From NCBI GenBank assembly GCA_963924565.1, contig OZ004609.1, positions 26,908,001-26,972,000 of the forward strand: 64,000 bases of DNA. Direction: 5' to 3'. Of this stretch, positions 50,421 to 63,611 are shown piece after piece. Below the pieces are notes generated by a model. It saw only the letters and a list, made by a program, of their open reading frames with translations. It did not search any database and had not been told where the DNA came from. Each line of letters begins with the position of its first letter. Position 1 is the stretch's first letter. The stretch is from Ascidiella aspersa. Its lineage: Eukaryota. The translations under genes and the position numbers were made by a program.

Positions 50421-51568
50421 ACCAGATCTTCGATTAGGGGTTTGCTCGTAAGCACAATGGAGCCAATCGAGCAAACCTGACACCAAATTAGCGACACGCA
50501 GTTCGTTTTTAAGGTCCTACATCGTGTGACAATACAAGAATTTGTTTCATTCGACGAAGCCGAAGACCGCTTCACGCTTTGCTACATTTGCCTGGTTACG
50601 TTCGTTTAACAAGCACGCAGCTAAATAGAAGGACAGGAAGTAACACTTTAAAATACATAGATAGTATCTTAATAAATGAATATTTGCAAAGCTAAGTCAA
50701 CTCCTGGCAAAATTGTAGTGCCGTCGCTTGTCCCATTTCGTGTTCTACGGGCCACGCCAAACTCACCTCAAAGGCGACAAAGCTTTCCGCACCTGGTGTC
50801 GCATGATGCGAAACGGGCCTTTAAATCTAAAAGACACGAAAAAAAGACATCCTATATTTTGAATCGGTCAGTGTACGTTACACCTTTTTTGCTCGGACGC
50901 AGTGAGTCCAGCTAAACACATAAAAATATTTTTTGCGTTGTGCAGCGCTTAATAACCGATACGTCTAGAGGGCTACCAAATGCGCTGGAGGAAAATGGAA
51001 AAAAATGTTCTAAAATATAAAACATATATTTTTTTGTAATTTTGCACTTTCAATTTTGGCTTGGCTAACTGATAGATTTCACATTACACTGAATAAATTC
51101 CGCTATGATGCCTATGTAATACAAATTTGTAAGCAAAGAGAAAGACCGGTATATCCAAAAGATTTACAGGTGCGCCCTGAGGTATAAAGAGTTAAGAAAC
51201 ACCAGCGTGGATATTTGTTTTAGTTTGCCACGCCCGATGAAACGCGTAAAAGAAACGTTCAAGTCAGTGGTTTTCAGCCATGGGTTCGCGACCCAATCGG
51301 GGGTTCACGAAAATAGTCAAAGTGTACTGGGATGGCCGCTTACTCAGTTGGGTTTTAAGGTGTAGCTATTTAATTATTTCGGAGCGAAAGGCCTAGGTAA
51401 CCTTTAATTCTTTGTTTTATTCACGACCAAAATCAATGAACTTTTGTTATATTGTTTAAAATGTTATTTGCATTGGGTTGTGACAAAACTGTTAGTTAAT
51501 ATAATAGCCTACCGCATTAATCAGAGTCAGCTTATTAATTATTTGGTTGATTTTTTTATACCTTAATG

Positions 51569-51824
51569 CAGTGGTTTCCCATCTGGGGGTCGCGACCCCC
51601 CACGGCTATTTGTCGAACGAAAACTTAACAAGAAACGAATTGATAAGAGTAAAATAATGTGCCAGTCCAAAAATTATGCTAACGACAGTTGCTTTAGTGA
51701 ACCAGTCTTGTTTTTGAGCCAACTTTACCCTTATATACAACAAAGGTAGAAGAAATAGGGGTCGCGTACTAATTCTTGCAACCTGGCACGAGGGTCGCAA
51801 CAGCAACAAGGTTGGGAACCACTG
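51569..51824. mobile_element. hAT MITE (GGGGTCGCG type); related fragment at about 34578-34811
   Basis: CAGTGGTTTCCCATC...GGTTGGGAACCACTG. TSD CCTTAATG/CCTTAAAG. Confidence 0.8.
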
Positions 51825-52059
51825 CCTTAAAGAGAAAAAATAAAGAAATCTAGGTTAAGTGATTGTCGAAATATAGGAGTTGTTTATATAGAAAAATATT
51901 CTGTTTTTTGTTCTAATAATTTTTTTAACTGCTGAAGATTTATGACTTTTATAGCCAGCATTTTTTTAAATGCAAACAAAGATTTATGTTATAGGATTTT
52001 TACAGTCATTTCAAAAAAATTGATTCCTTTAAAATCTCGCTGTAACCAGAAAAAAAACG

Positions 52060-53044
52060 ATGACAAGGACAGAGGAAGACCCTCCTTCCTACAAGGTTGT
52101 GATGAAGAAGAAGGACGTGCAGGGGATGTTCGAGCTCTTCGACAGCGATGAGAAGGGATCGCTTGAAAACAAGGAACTCAAGGCCATATTCCAGCGACTC
52201 GGCATGCCAATCAGGCAGAAGGAGCTCGATGAGTTCACTTCAGGCTTGAAGGGCGGCGACAACGGTAAAGCACTCGATCCCGACTGCTTTGCTGCCTTGG
52301 TGAAGCTAATATGTCCGGGCGACTTCACCCTTGACGACCTGAGGGCGGCCTACCAGGTGGGATGGGTAGTGATGCGAACTTAAAGCTACTTTTAGGTCCA
52401 AGGTTTAGGTCCAAATCAAGTCGTTTCAAACAACTTGCAATTGAAATCCCAGTTCAACTCATGATTTGCACAGCTTAATTGCAAGTCAGGACAGGTGCAG
52501 CAAACGGTAAATTCCAAACAGCAGAAATTACTAAATTTATGTAGAACGATCTATTTTGTTTAAGTCAAGTGATCGATCCAATTCAAAACAGCATTGATCT
52601 GAGGCGAAGTCTTTGTTAGGTTTTTGAAAAATCAATGATTTAAGTTGCGCCTTTTTTATTTTTTTGTATTGTTTTATCGCTTTTTGAAACCCCATGCCAA
52701 TTTAATTGACAACTTATCAACACAGTCAGTCGTTCTATTTTCGATATTAAACAAAATTTTAAAGCAATACCAATGTCACAAAATTAGGTAAATCCTATAT
52801 TGTGCGATATTCGATTTTTTAATCGCACACAAGCGTTTAAAATTACGAAACTGCTATATTCGAGCAGAAATTCGACCCCCATGGCAACGGCTTCATCACC
52901 AAGCAAGATCTGCGCAAGATGCTGCACATTTGGTCACGTGACGCGCGCGATGACGAACTGGACGAGATGATGGCCGACGCCGATCTCAATCACGACGGCG
53001 TGATCGACTTTCAGGAGTTCGTGATTGCGATTTGCGCCCAATGA
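52060..53044 (+). CDS. Calmodulin-like four-EF-hand protein, copy 2 (157 aa; exons 52060-52356 and 52868-53044)
   Basis: Near-identical paralogue of 48092-49032 with the same intron position. Acceptor-like aaccag just upstream of the ATG. Confidence 0.9.
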
Positions 53045-53813
53045 TCGGGTGTGGCGGTTTCACGAAATACGTAAAGTGATGTGGTACAGCTCATTGCTAA
53101 ATGCGCTGTAATTGTTTTTTTTTACTCGACCGGCGGTATTTACCCTGGCCTGCGTTTGGCACAAATTTCCGTTTCATTTTCTTCTATCAATTTTCCTAAG
53201 AGTTTTGTTTTTCTACCTTCTTTTAGCAGCATGTAAACTTATTACGTTTCTCTGCCAATTCAATCGCGAACAACGCAATAAACGGCGAACAAATTTCGTG
53301 CGAATATGCTTAGATTTATTTTTATTTGCAGAAGCACAACCTACTTATTTAAACTCGCGATAGTAAAAAGCAATAGAACAAATATGATCATTAGTATATC
53401 ATGCCTTGTCTGAACTTATGGTAAAATATCATAGTTTCAGCCTAAAAGCGGCGCGTGTATTATCGAACAACCGAAAATAAAAGTTTTGACAACTTTACGT
53501 GAATCGATAACATCTTTGCAAACGCAGTGGTTGGTGTTTTTAAGGTTACTTCTGACGTCACGTTCATATGTAGATTTGTGACGTCCAGTTTTAACGTACC
53601 TTATTGACGTCATCTCTGGCTTTTTATTTTCATGCTGGATTGCAGAGCCCCATAATAGAGTTTATATCTGGGTGACAGCGGACGAAGTTAAGGGTCTCAT
53701 TAGAAGCCTTTAATATTTTCGAAATATAATCGTCCTGGGCTGCGCCCATATGTTTATCTTCGTTTTTAGTATATGATTGTAGGTGTGCCGCCGAGAATTC
53801 CACTGCTCTAGGT

Positions 53814-54141
53814 CGGTTCTCAACCAGTGGGCCATGGCTCACTGGTGGGCCATAAGAACACTTGGGGTGGGCCACAGACCAATTTAAAAAAGCTAGATTT
53901 AGTTTTATTTGTGTATATTTAATTTTACAGAATTAATGGCTTGGGGAGGAATTAAAAAGGAAAGTAAATTTATTGTTCAGCCGCAAGTATCCACGGTTGA
54001 ATAAATAATGTGTTTTGAAATAAGTTCTACTGTGTTTTGTTCCAAACCTATTTTGAATTTTTTTTTCATAAATATTATTGGGCAACAGAATTTTTTTGCA
54101 ACGTAAATGGGCTACGAAAGAAAAGTGGTTGAGAACCACTG
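53814..54141. mobile_element. hAT (Charlie-like) MITE, left end clipped
   Basis: CGGTTCTCAACC...GGTTGAGAACCACTG. Exact TSD CTCTAGGT. Confidence 0.8.
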
Positions 54142-56286
54142 CTCTAGGTGAATAAAAAATTAGTGATTTATTCGAGCGAACCATTTTTAAACAGTGCTTC
54201 CAAATTGTGACCTCATAAACGGTTTGCTTACCAAATACGAGGGTGATTGTACATTGAGGGACAAAGCTCTAAATTTTACAACTTTTCCTCATTGTAGATT
54301 CCAGTATTTCAATGACTTGGCCTTAGTGCACTAAAGTAACTGTTTTCTAATGACTTGACTTAAGTAGTTTGGTATCAAGACTTGATTTGATTTAGATCTT
54401 TCAGACAACTGACATAACTTGGACTTACGGCATTGAGTAAAGTGTCTCGGGTTGAAATGAAGTGTTTTAATTCGAAATTTTATTATTATATTAAGCTATT
54501 TTTTAAAGTTTTCACGTTAACCAATTAGATTGCTACATGCTCTTTTTTAGTGAATAATTAAATTGCTTATATTCGGAGTTTCCAATTTCAATATATCGTA
54601 TATTTTTTATATTATTGATTTGACTTATGACTTGAACTAATAAAGACTTGACTGGGACTTCTCTGAAATCTCGTGGATAATTTTTAGTTGTTATTTACAA
54701 ACTTGGTAATAATTATATAGGAAACTGTAAGCAGTTTTAAAGAAAAAAAATGTTTTATATAACAGATAAGATAAACATTTCTAGCTTTAATAAGTTTCTG
54801 GACAGTAGACCACCTGTCATCGTGCAATGAGCCACTTTTGGTGCGGGTTCGACTCTGTTGTAAAGCACTAAAATTAAACTTTAATTTAACGTTTAAATTC
54901 GCTTTTTATTCATGCTATTCGCTTCCCCACAAACTTACACATCGGACCTCCGTATAGAGAAAAATTCAAGAAAATTTAAAAATTTATTGAAGGCAGATAA
55001 AAGCGACGCGGAGCTAAAATAAAGAATCATCAGTTTGCAGTCTACAATGATGACATCACACAAGTATACCACAGTGAGTATAACAACGAAACAATAGTCG
55101 GAGAATGGCAAACAATAAACACGCATGCGTTGTCAACAATGCATCAAATGCGCGACCATAAGGCTTCGGCGAGATCGTTACGTTTATCAGAGCTAATTTT
55201 CGAGTAATGATCACCACGGGTACATACTCGTAGCACAATGATGCCAGCAATAAGTTACCATTATAGGTTACAGTAATAATTTTTTTGCAACCACCAGGCA
55301 TATGAGGAAAACAATTGGGTAAAATCATCAGGAATAAAAAAGTGATTGGAACAGATGCTAAAATAGGCACGTCAAATCGTTACGGGCGCATTGAGTAAAA
55401 GTTTTTTTTTTTGCATTGGGGCACCATAGAAAAAGAAAAGCCTATTAAAAGAAAGGCTAGCGAAAAGAACAGCTATAGTAAAAACGACTAAAAACATATT
55501 AAGGTTTAAAAGTTGAAAACATAGGGCTGTGAATTCGATTTGAATAAAAAAGAAATGCTTGCGCTGGAGCTAATCATGTATGTCGATTTCTAAAAATATG
55601 TCGTTCGGTGAGAACACCAAATCGAAAGAGATTGTGGTGATATACTGCGCTGTCGAAATTACGGTAACAAAGCGCAACAGTCGCATTTGGGCAATTGGAC
55701 TAACGTAAATGGCAGTTCTTACTAGTTGGAAAAAAATAACCAAGTGGACCTGAAAGCGTGCCAAACCATGAAGTATGCAGCATTTGAAAAACAGGGGTCT
55801 AATACGATCTACTTAATACCGACTAATAGTTTAAATCAATGAGCCTTTAATTTCAATACATTGTAGCAAACAACATGGGTGTTTCCAAGAGTAGTGGACA
55901 CCCGTAAACAAGTGCGATATCTCTTTAAAGCTTGAGAGTTACGTAATAGGTGCTTCATTAGGTTGCCCAGCTCCCTCGGTTATTTATTGAGAAGTAAAAA
56001 CTTTTAGGAGGCTTGTTGCACACTTTAGCTCCGGGGTAGAGCCACGTTCGATTTGGCGTAATGCATGACGCTAACCATGACCGTTACACTAAAAAGCTTT
56101 ACATGATAACCCTAACCGCTATCACATAAAATGCAAACTAGAAGATATGAAACCGAGTAGGTAAACGAAGTAATCGAAAAACACGACGTGAAAATTTTCA
56201 AACTTCGACCTTACTAAAGAAGCAAAGCGCAAACTAAAACAACGACCATTTTTTTTAACTTAAACAGACGCTCTAACAAAACAAAG

Positions 56287-59200
56287 CTAAAAATACGACT
56301 GGTTCAGGTATCCTTTGACAGGTTTCGGCAGCGGCAGGGTTTCGATGTGGTCGATCCTGGTGAACTGTCGAATCACGAACCTGCATAGATACTGGAGCGA
56401 CCGAACCTGTACAAACAAATCAACAAATCAGTTTAAGCTGGCCATCGTTACTTTCGATAAATGGTAAACTATAGGCAGAAACAAAACGGGCTTTTAGCAA
56501 ACTCTCGTAATGTCAGTCCTGATTTCGTATCGATCTATTGGCCAGCCCGTTTAAGTCAAGGTAGATGTGATTAACACGAAAATGTGTTGAACGTGTTGCT
56601 GCAATCCTGCTTTAATGAGTTATGTATCGGAACTAATAAATATTAAGCAGACCTCGATGAGTATTAATTAATTAAACATCAAGTTTAAGTAAAATCAGAT
56701 ATTGAAAATATTTTACATTGTCTCAAACTTAAACACGTCCAGTTGCTTTTAGGAGCCCATTTTTTTGCAGCAAATGAGAGTCCTAAAAGTTTAATCGCCG
56801 TTGCAAGCGCTAATCGGCGAATTGTTGGGGATTCCCCATTCGTGCATCGTTTTGTTTGTTTGTGGAATTTCCGCGTTAATTTTGCAGATGTCATACTGTG
56901 CCAGAAAACGGTCAAAAGGTCGCTTTTTAACCGCTTTAACTTGAGTTGACACAAGTAGACACTTGGAAATACTGAATGTGATTTTTCGATGCCAGTAACG
57001 TGTCTGTAGAAATCGCGCTTCAGCACGATTTTTTGACCATAGCTGGAGGCACAAGCCTTCTTCAGACATAGTATTCGCGGAAATGTACGTTTTGGGATCA
57101 AACAGTTGTCAATGTCAGCACGAACACCAAACAACTTTCGTCACCACGCTATGTCATTAGGCAGGCAGATTATCAACATTTCTTTGTAAAAGCCGTTGTA
57201 AAGTGTAATCAGGGGCGTATTCAGAAATCCAAAAAGGGGGGGTTCCGAATTTTCAACTTGGGGAATTCCCCGTTTTTTGGTCTGACGTTAATGACGTCAT
57301 AAAATAGTAACAGATATGACGTAATAAGTAATATCAGAAACAGCCAATTAACGTCCAGCAAAAGCAAACTTTCAGACGCAAAACGCACACGTGCGTCGCC
57401 GACAATCCTGCCAAGCGCCAGCTGCAAAACCGCTTAGCCAGATTGGAAACTTTGGATATTGCGCGGGGGAGATGTTTTGCAGCTGAAAAAATGCGCGGCT
57501 GAAAATAAAATTTCGACTTGAACTTGCGCGGCTGAAAATAAACCATCAGGCTACCGAAAGTTGTAAATTGCGAATTTATATTAAACTTACAGCGTTCATA
57601 GAATACTTGAATCACTGCGCAATTTTTGGTTGGTGTGCTGGATAGTATAGCATTTAATATGCAATATTACTCGATATTGCCTAATTTGACGTCACTAAAC
57701 ACGTGACCGTTGTCCACTGATGCGTGACCAAATCGCCGAACTGTGCGTTTTCAGCGTTTCGCAGGTGATTCTATATGATGCATTATATTATATACGCCTT
57801 ATAAACTAGCGTTAAAAAATGTTATACAACTTCAGTATGCGGCCCGCCAATTTTTTTTGTGCTTAAGTTTCATACAGAAGTTTGCGCGGCTGAAGTTTTG
57901 CGCGTTTGCTCGAGTCAGATTTGCGCGGCTGAACACATTTTCTATAAAATGCGCGGCTGTGACCGCGGCTGAAAGTGCTACTGCGCGGGGGATAAATCCC
58001 GATAATATCCCCCGCGCAGGCCAAACTTTCCAACCTGGCCGCTTAGTGTGCAATCGTTAACTTCTGGAGAAAAACGAAACAAGATTGTGAAATATATGTG
58101 ATTGATTTTGGTAGATCCATGTACGGGACTATGCTCAATTACAAGCACGTCTTTCGCCACATGCAATACTAAACGAAGATCGTTTTTCCCCGATGTTATT
58201 TGATTAGTGCAACATCTGCAAAAACGCCACTTAAATAGTTAATCTAGTTGAGTGTTTTTAAGCTTTTTAACTGAGTGCACACATGGCGTGCGAAGCAAGC
58301 GCGATTTTTTAGGGGGGGAATAACGGCATTTCTTGTAAATTTATTACATTGCCGAAAATTAAAATAAAAAAAATGTTAAAAAATATATATCCAATATTTT
58401 TTAATACGTTTTCCGTTTGTCCGCGATGCACTTGGTAGCTTTCCACGGCGCAAAGGTAAAGAAGCGCTGATCTAGTTCAAAAGACAGCTTTAAAACGTAA
58501 AACAACAGACGTAGAATAAACATTCGCGCGAAGCGCTAAAATTTTTCGCACTTACGTAGTTAAAATAGTCAAAAAGTATTTAAAATGGACTCGTGTATTG
58601 TGTGTCAAAGAGGCAGTGGTTCCGATGAATTACAGAGACCGCTTGATTGATTGTTATTAATTGTCGAACACACACTTGTTGATCAGCCAACCCGAACGAA
58701 TAACAAAAGGCGAAAGAGAAAAAGTATCCTGCGTTTACGGTCGACCAAACAAGCAACGAAAAAGGCGTTTTGCGTTTGATTTTGGTTTCGCATTGGCTTA
58801 AGACGCGTGGCCCAATTACATTAAAAAGCACGCAGCTTCGGACGTGAGTTAAACCCTGACAACAACGAACAAAAAACAATTAATGTCACTTACGAAAAAA
58901 AAGGGGGGGGGGGGGGGTCAAAACCCCCCAACCTTTTTGGGGAGACGGACAACTGGTAAGAAGCCAAACCCACCTGGGACAAGCGCGACACTGGAAAGGC
59001 CAGTTTAACGGGGTAGGTTGAAGAGAAGGGGTCTCGTGAACGGGAATAACAGAACACGCTGGCATCCTGCGAATCCTTCACTGAGTCGTCGATGAGCGCC
59101 ACCACCGAGGTGTAGTCCTGCGATTGGAGAAAGCAAATAGTTGTTAAACTGTGTAAGCGTATGACTGGTTGTAACTTGTTTGCCTAGTAGTGAGTAAGGT

Positions 59201-62200
59201 ATGACAGTTTCAGTTTATGCCTGGAGTGCTATGTGCTTGTTAAACATTGTTGTATTTCTTTTTTCAAAGCAGGAAAAATGGTTTCTAAACAAACAAAAAA
59301 CTACTAAATCCAAATTAAACTAGACTAGAATAGATAGATTACATTACTAATCTGGTTGCGAAAATTGGAAGCATATTAACAATAATATGTAAAGAAAGTA
59401 ATTTAAGTAATCTTAGATCTTAGTACAACACAGTAGAAAAAGTCACTATCAGGTATGGGTACTGTACAGATGAAACAAGATATCTAAATTCAACTGTCAC
59501 AAATTGTATAGAAGCAAAGGTAAAAGTTGTCAATATAAGTAATTAAAGTGTCGCTTTAAGATCTGTACACTTGCTTGGTAAAATATGTGTATAGTTTGCC
59601 TGGCTTACCGAGGCATTATTGTTTTCATAGAAGCTGAACTTTCCATGCAGGTGTTCTATTCTTGTGTGCAGAGTGCGACCAAAGGATCGAAAACTCAAGG
59701 AAAGGAGATACCTTTCATCTGAACTGTCCCTATAGTTAACACAAATTTAAGAAACAGGAAATTAAATCAAGGAAAACGTGACAAAAGGCTGCAGAGCACT
59801 ATACGGTAAACACAAGCTTAAATAATTAACCACCCAGGCCTAGTTTATCGCATTGGGCTCAGCTCGAACTTCGCTTTTCGCATTATATAGTTGTTTATCT
59901 CAGATTTAGACAAATGTATTGAACACTATTAGCTGTCTTTTTTCGAAACTCAAGGAAAGGAGACACCTTTCATCTGAACTGTCCCTATAGTTAACACAAA
60001 ATTAAGAAACAGGAAATTAAATCAAGGAAAACGTGACAAAAGGCTGCAGTGGTGCACATGCACTGGGTCAATACAACCAAACACAAAAATGTAGCATCTA
60101 ACATACACTTAAAAGCAATTAATAGCATAAGAAACAAAAGGGTAAAACTATTAAATAGTAGATATACCGTTATTGTGAGTTGTGGCCTAACAAAATCATA
60201 CCTCACAAGAAATGAACCATCTGGGGTATCATTCAGCTTTTGCTCTGCCTCAAGCTTTGTTAAAGGTCCCCAATACCAGCCTTGCCTAAAAGAGACAAAG
60301 TAACTTGTATCACAGTTTAACCAGTATGGCAGAATGCTGGCGACTTGGCGACTATGTCGGCCGAAGAATCAGCCAGAAAACCAAAGAAATTGGTGCCAAA
60401 AAAATTTTGAGTAAAAATAAAAATTTGAAAAATTTTTTTTAAATTTTTTTCCAACATTGAATTTACAAAACACCTTGTGGTTGTTTCCACACACATTTAA
60501 TCACATCTATTTTACAATTGGCAGAAATTAATTTTGTTGTGTCACTTTGAAAAAAGTTAAGGTAGTGTGAAGCACGATGTTTAGTGAGAAAAAGCCAGTG
60601 TAAGGCATATAGACTGTTTATTATTTAAAAAAGTACACACTTTTAATCATACAATTGTTACATGTTGTCAGTTTTACTTTGAATTGGCAAGTATTTCTAA
60701 ATTGACTTAAATTCCCCATTCCTGTTAAATGTACAGGTATAACATTCACATCGGCATATTAAGGATGTACCAGGCTATGCTTCTCCCCCTAAGGCCTGAA
60801 GTATATTTTTGGTCGTTTAATTACACAAATGCAAAAAAATTATTGAACTTTAGCCTGGTTTTGCTAGGTTTATGTTTCTTTGTTTTGAAAAAATCTATCC
60901 AAAAAAATCTATTCATGTTAATATGCATACTATGGGGCATGTTACCCTATGACTGTGACAATTTTTATTAAATTTTATTAAAAATATCATTATTTCGAGC
61001 AATATAAATTGGAAATTTATCCAAATAATATTTTTTCCTGCTTTTCAATCTGGCTTTGAGCAGCACGTTTTCACACAAGTTGCCTGAAAACAGCTATCTA
61101 TGTAACACTTTTAAAACAAGAAAAGCAGACATGTATGTACACCCCCAGGCCCCAGGTTGTACCTTCACTTGTCCCTTATGTATTTGTTAATGACTTAATG
61201 TCACAAAAAATTTTGCGCCTTCAGCGTTACGTTTGTTGACTAATTTAATTGTTAATAGCCTTGTTTATCGCCAAAACATGGCAAGGTTCATACATTCCTT
61301 AGGCGGGCACATCATTTAAGCTTAGGGGCGTGACCAAAAACCGAAGAATTTTCGCCAAAAATGCTTGTCACCAGAAGGCCTGAGTTTAACAAAGGTGGGC
61401 AAATAAAACATAGCCCTGATAACTATTGCCATGTGCAATTTAGTTCATTAGGATACAATAGATGTTTTTACTTAAATGTAAAAAATAAATAGCCAAACAA
61501 TACATACAAAGCCAGCTTCTTGAATTCTCTTGTCAATGTATATCGTTCAATTCCAAGTGGCAGCACACTGTGCGTTAGGGCAGCTAGCGTAGGAGACAAA
61601 ATATCTGGTGATGTGGGGCCTGCTGCTTGTTGATAATCGGTTTGTGGTAAGTGCAATTCTGTCAGTTTTTCGCGAATATCTGAGCTTGATGTTGGAAGTG
61701 GAATGGCTTGATTACCCACATCACCAATAGTCTCACTGTCAGTCTCACTGTCAGTCTGACTGCCAGGACCATTAGTTGTGGTGCACTGTGGCGACAAATC
61801 GGATTGCAGAGGTTCCTCGAACACATTAGCACATTGCGATTCAGGAGAAGGGCTGTCTTCTTTTATGTGAGATTCCACATAATTTGAGGTAATTTTAGGA
61901 GATGGTGGCTGGACGGGTTCACAAACCACAGCTTTGGCAGAGTGTCCATTACTTTGTATAGAGTCACCAGCAGAGGAAACTTTGTTATTGCTCACATTTT
62001 CATTGTTTGCTTCTGCTCAAAACAAAAGTAAGTACTTAGTCACAAGGCAAGATATAGCTTTTTTAAGCAAGCATTTTTAATACAAGCAAAAAAAAAGTAC
62101 AACAATGAACAGCAACCATAATAATGTTACCAAATTTACAGATAAATGTAAAAAGTATGTTACATACAATTTATACTCTAAATATACATATCAGGCCATC

Positions 62201-63389
62201 AAACTGACAACAATCTGTATTAAAGCTCACCTGGCAGTGAAGAGGCTATATGTCTAGTTTCTTTTTCAGTGGAGATGTGATTCGCATTTGAAGTGGAAAA
62301 CACTTCTTTGCTACATAATAATAAAATTGCGTCATTTCAAATGTTTACATTATTATTAAATTTGATTTTTAAAATCATTCTTTAATGATTTCTAACAACA
62401 CTTACTTTTGGCGATGTTTGCTAAAAAGTTTCTTTTTTAAAGATGTTTTTTTCGGACTCTTTTCTACAGATACACTGTAATAATAAAAAATTACACAAAT
62501 GTTTATCAGTAATTGCGGGCAAAAATTTTCCTGTAATTTTTTACACCACAGGTTCACATGGAAGATTTATTTAAAGGTGTGTGCACACCTTAGGTTGTAA
62601 ATCGTAGTACAATTTTTTGTAATATATTAATATATTGAAGTGCGTGATATGCCAATTCAGGTGTGTGCACAAATTCCTTGAGAAATGTACTGCACATCCC
62701 ACAGGTAACACTAATTTACGGAATGAATGATGAATGGTCGGAACGCTGTAGGAGCAGAATGAAATGAACGAAGCTGTAGGAACAGAACTGTCGGAATGGA
62801 ATGAATGGCGCTGTAGTAGCAGAATGAACTGTTGGAATGAAATGAACGAAGCTGTAGGAACAGAATGAACTGTCGGAATAGAATGAACTGTCGGAATGAG
62901 ATGAACCAAGCTGTTGGGGTTGGGGTTGGGTTAGCTTCATTTCATTCCGACAGTTCATTCTGTTCTTCATTAATTTCATTCCAACAGTTCATTCCGTTCC
63001 GACCATTCATCAAATCAGTTTCGGCCCTATTCATTCCATTCCGACCATTCCGTAAATTAGTGAGCATTCCGACTATTCCGACCATTCATCATTCCATAAA
63101 TTAGTGTTACCCCATCCCACTACAGCATGCAGACTGGATAATATCTTTGCAAAGCATGGATCCGTGGAATAAAATTGAAGCTTTGATTGGGGTTTAAAAC
63201 AGCTATTATTAACTAAAAAACTATAACTATAACATGTATTTAAAAAATTGGTTCCCTTTTTATAACTTAGTTTCCCATTTTCTTGTTGTAAAATATAACT
63301 CACTTTTCAGCAGTCCGGTGGCTATTTTGCTCTTCACCATGTTGTGTCTTTTTCTTTAAATGAACTGAAAGTCTTCTTATTTTTTTCAT
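56287..63389 (-). CDS. SOCS6: Suppressor of cytokine signaling 6-like (SH2 plus SOCS box), about 402 aa, 8 coding exons
   Basis: Exons 63389-63304, 62474-62406, 62310-62231, 62012-61508, 60285-60202, 59729-59609, 59117-58974 and 56406-56287 (1209 nt, phases consistent). Starts MKKI like vertebrate SOCS6. Contains [57 protein letters not shown] and FCYSRSR..TYPVKL..PVSR. SOCS box VRSLQYLCRFVIRQFTRIDHIETLPLP. Confidence 0.93.
57438..58038. mobile_element. MITE with GCGCGGCTGAA arrays, nested in a larger CAGGGGCGTA-type element (about 57210-58932) in the last SOCS6 intron
   Basis: TIRs CCAGATTGGAAACTTTGG and CCAGGTTGGAAAGTTTGG (reverse complement). Exact 8-bp TSD CCGCTTAG. Confidence 0.85.
59687..60049 (-). 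repeat. About 107-bp local duplication covering a SOCS6 acceptor and the first 40 nt of exon 6
   Basis: 59687-59794 and 59943-60049 are near-identical and separated by 148 bp of unrelated DNA. Confidence 0.9.
62703..63112. mobile_element. Palindromic MITE with internal 41-bp tandem units and telomere-like core (Merlin-compatible termini)
   Basis: TIR (A/G)GGTAACACTAATTTA(C/T)GGAATG. Exact 8-bp TSD CATCCCAC. Units AATGAACTGTCGGAATGAAATGAACGAAGCTGTAGGAACAG. GGTTGGGGTTGGGTTAG in the centre. Confidence 0.85.
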
Positions 63390-63611
63390 TTTTTTCGTTA
63401 TGTATAATTGCGTAACTGACAAAATACGAACAAATAAGAGTTTGAAGAGTTTCATTCTATCTATTATAATTGAGAGCGGTATTGTGATAATGCAGTCGAT
63501 ACTCAGGTCATTTGTTTTTAAATTTCAGTGATTTCACATAAGGTTTTAATTTTTCAGTCCTACCCGGAACTTGTGGCCGCTGTCAGTTTGTCACTGAACA
63601 AACGTACGAAT

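Noticed and set aside
55056-55370. 104-aa hydrophobic minus-strand ORF
   Set aside because: Non-ATG start, no splice context or domain; probably SOCS6 3' UTR or intergenic DNA.
62571-63104. Repetitive ORFs (IPTVHS and MNCRN repeats)
   Set aside because: These are translations of the MITE tandem units.
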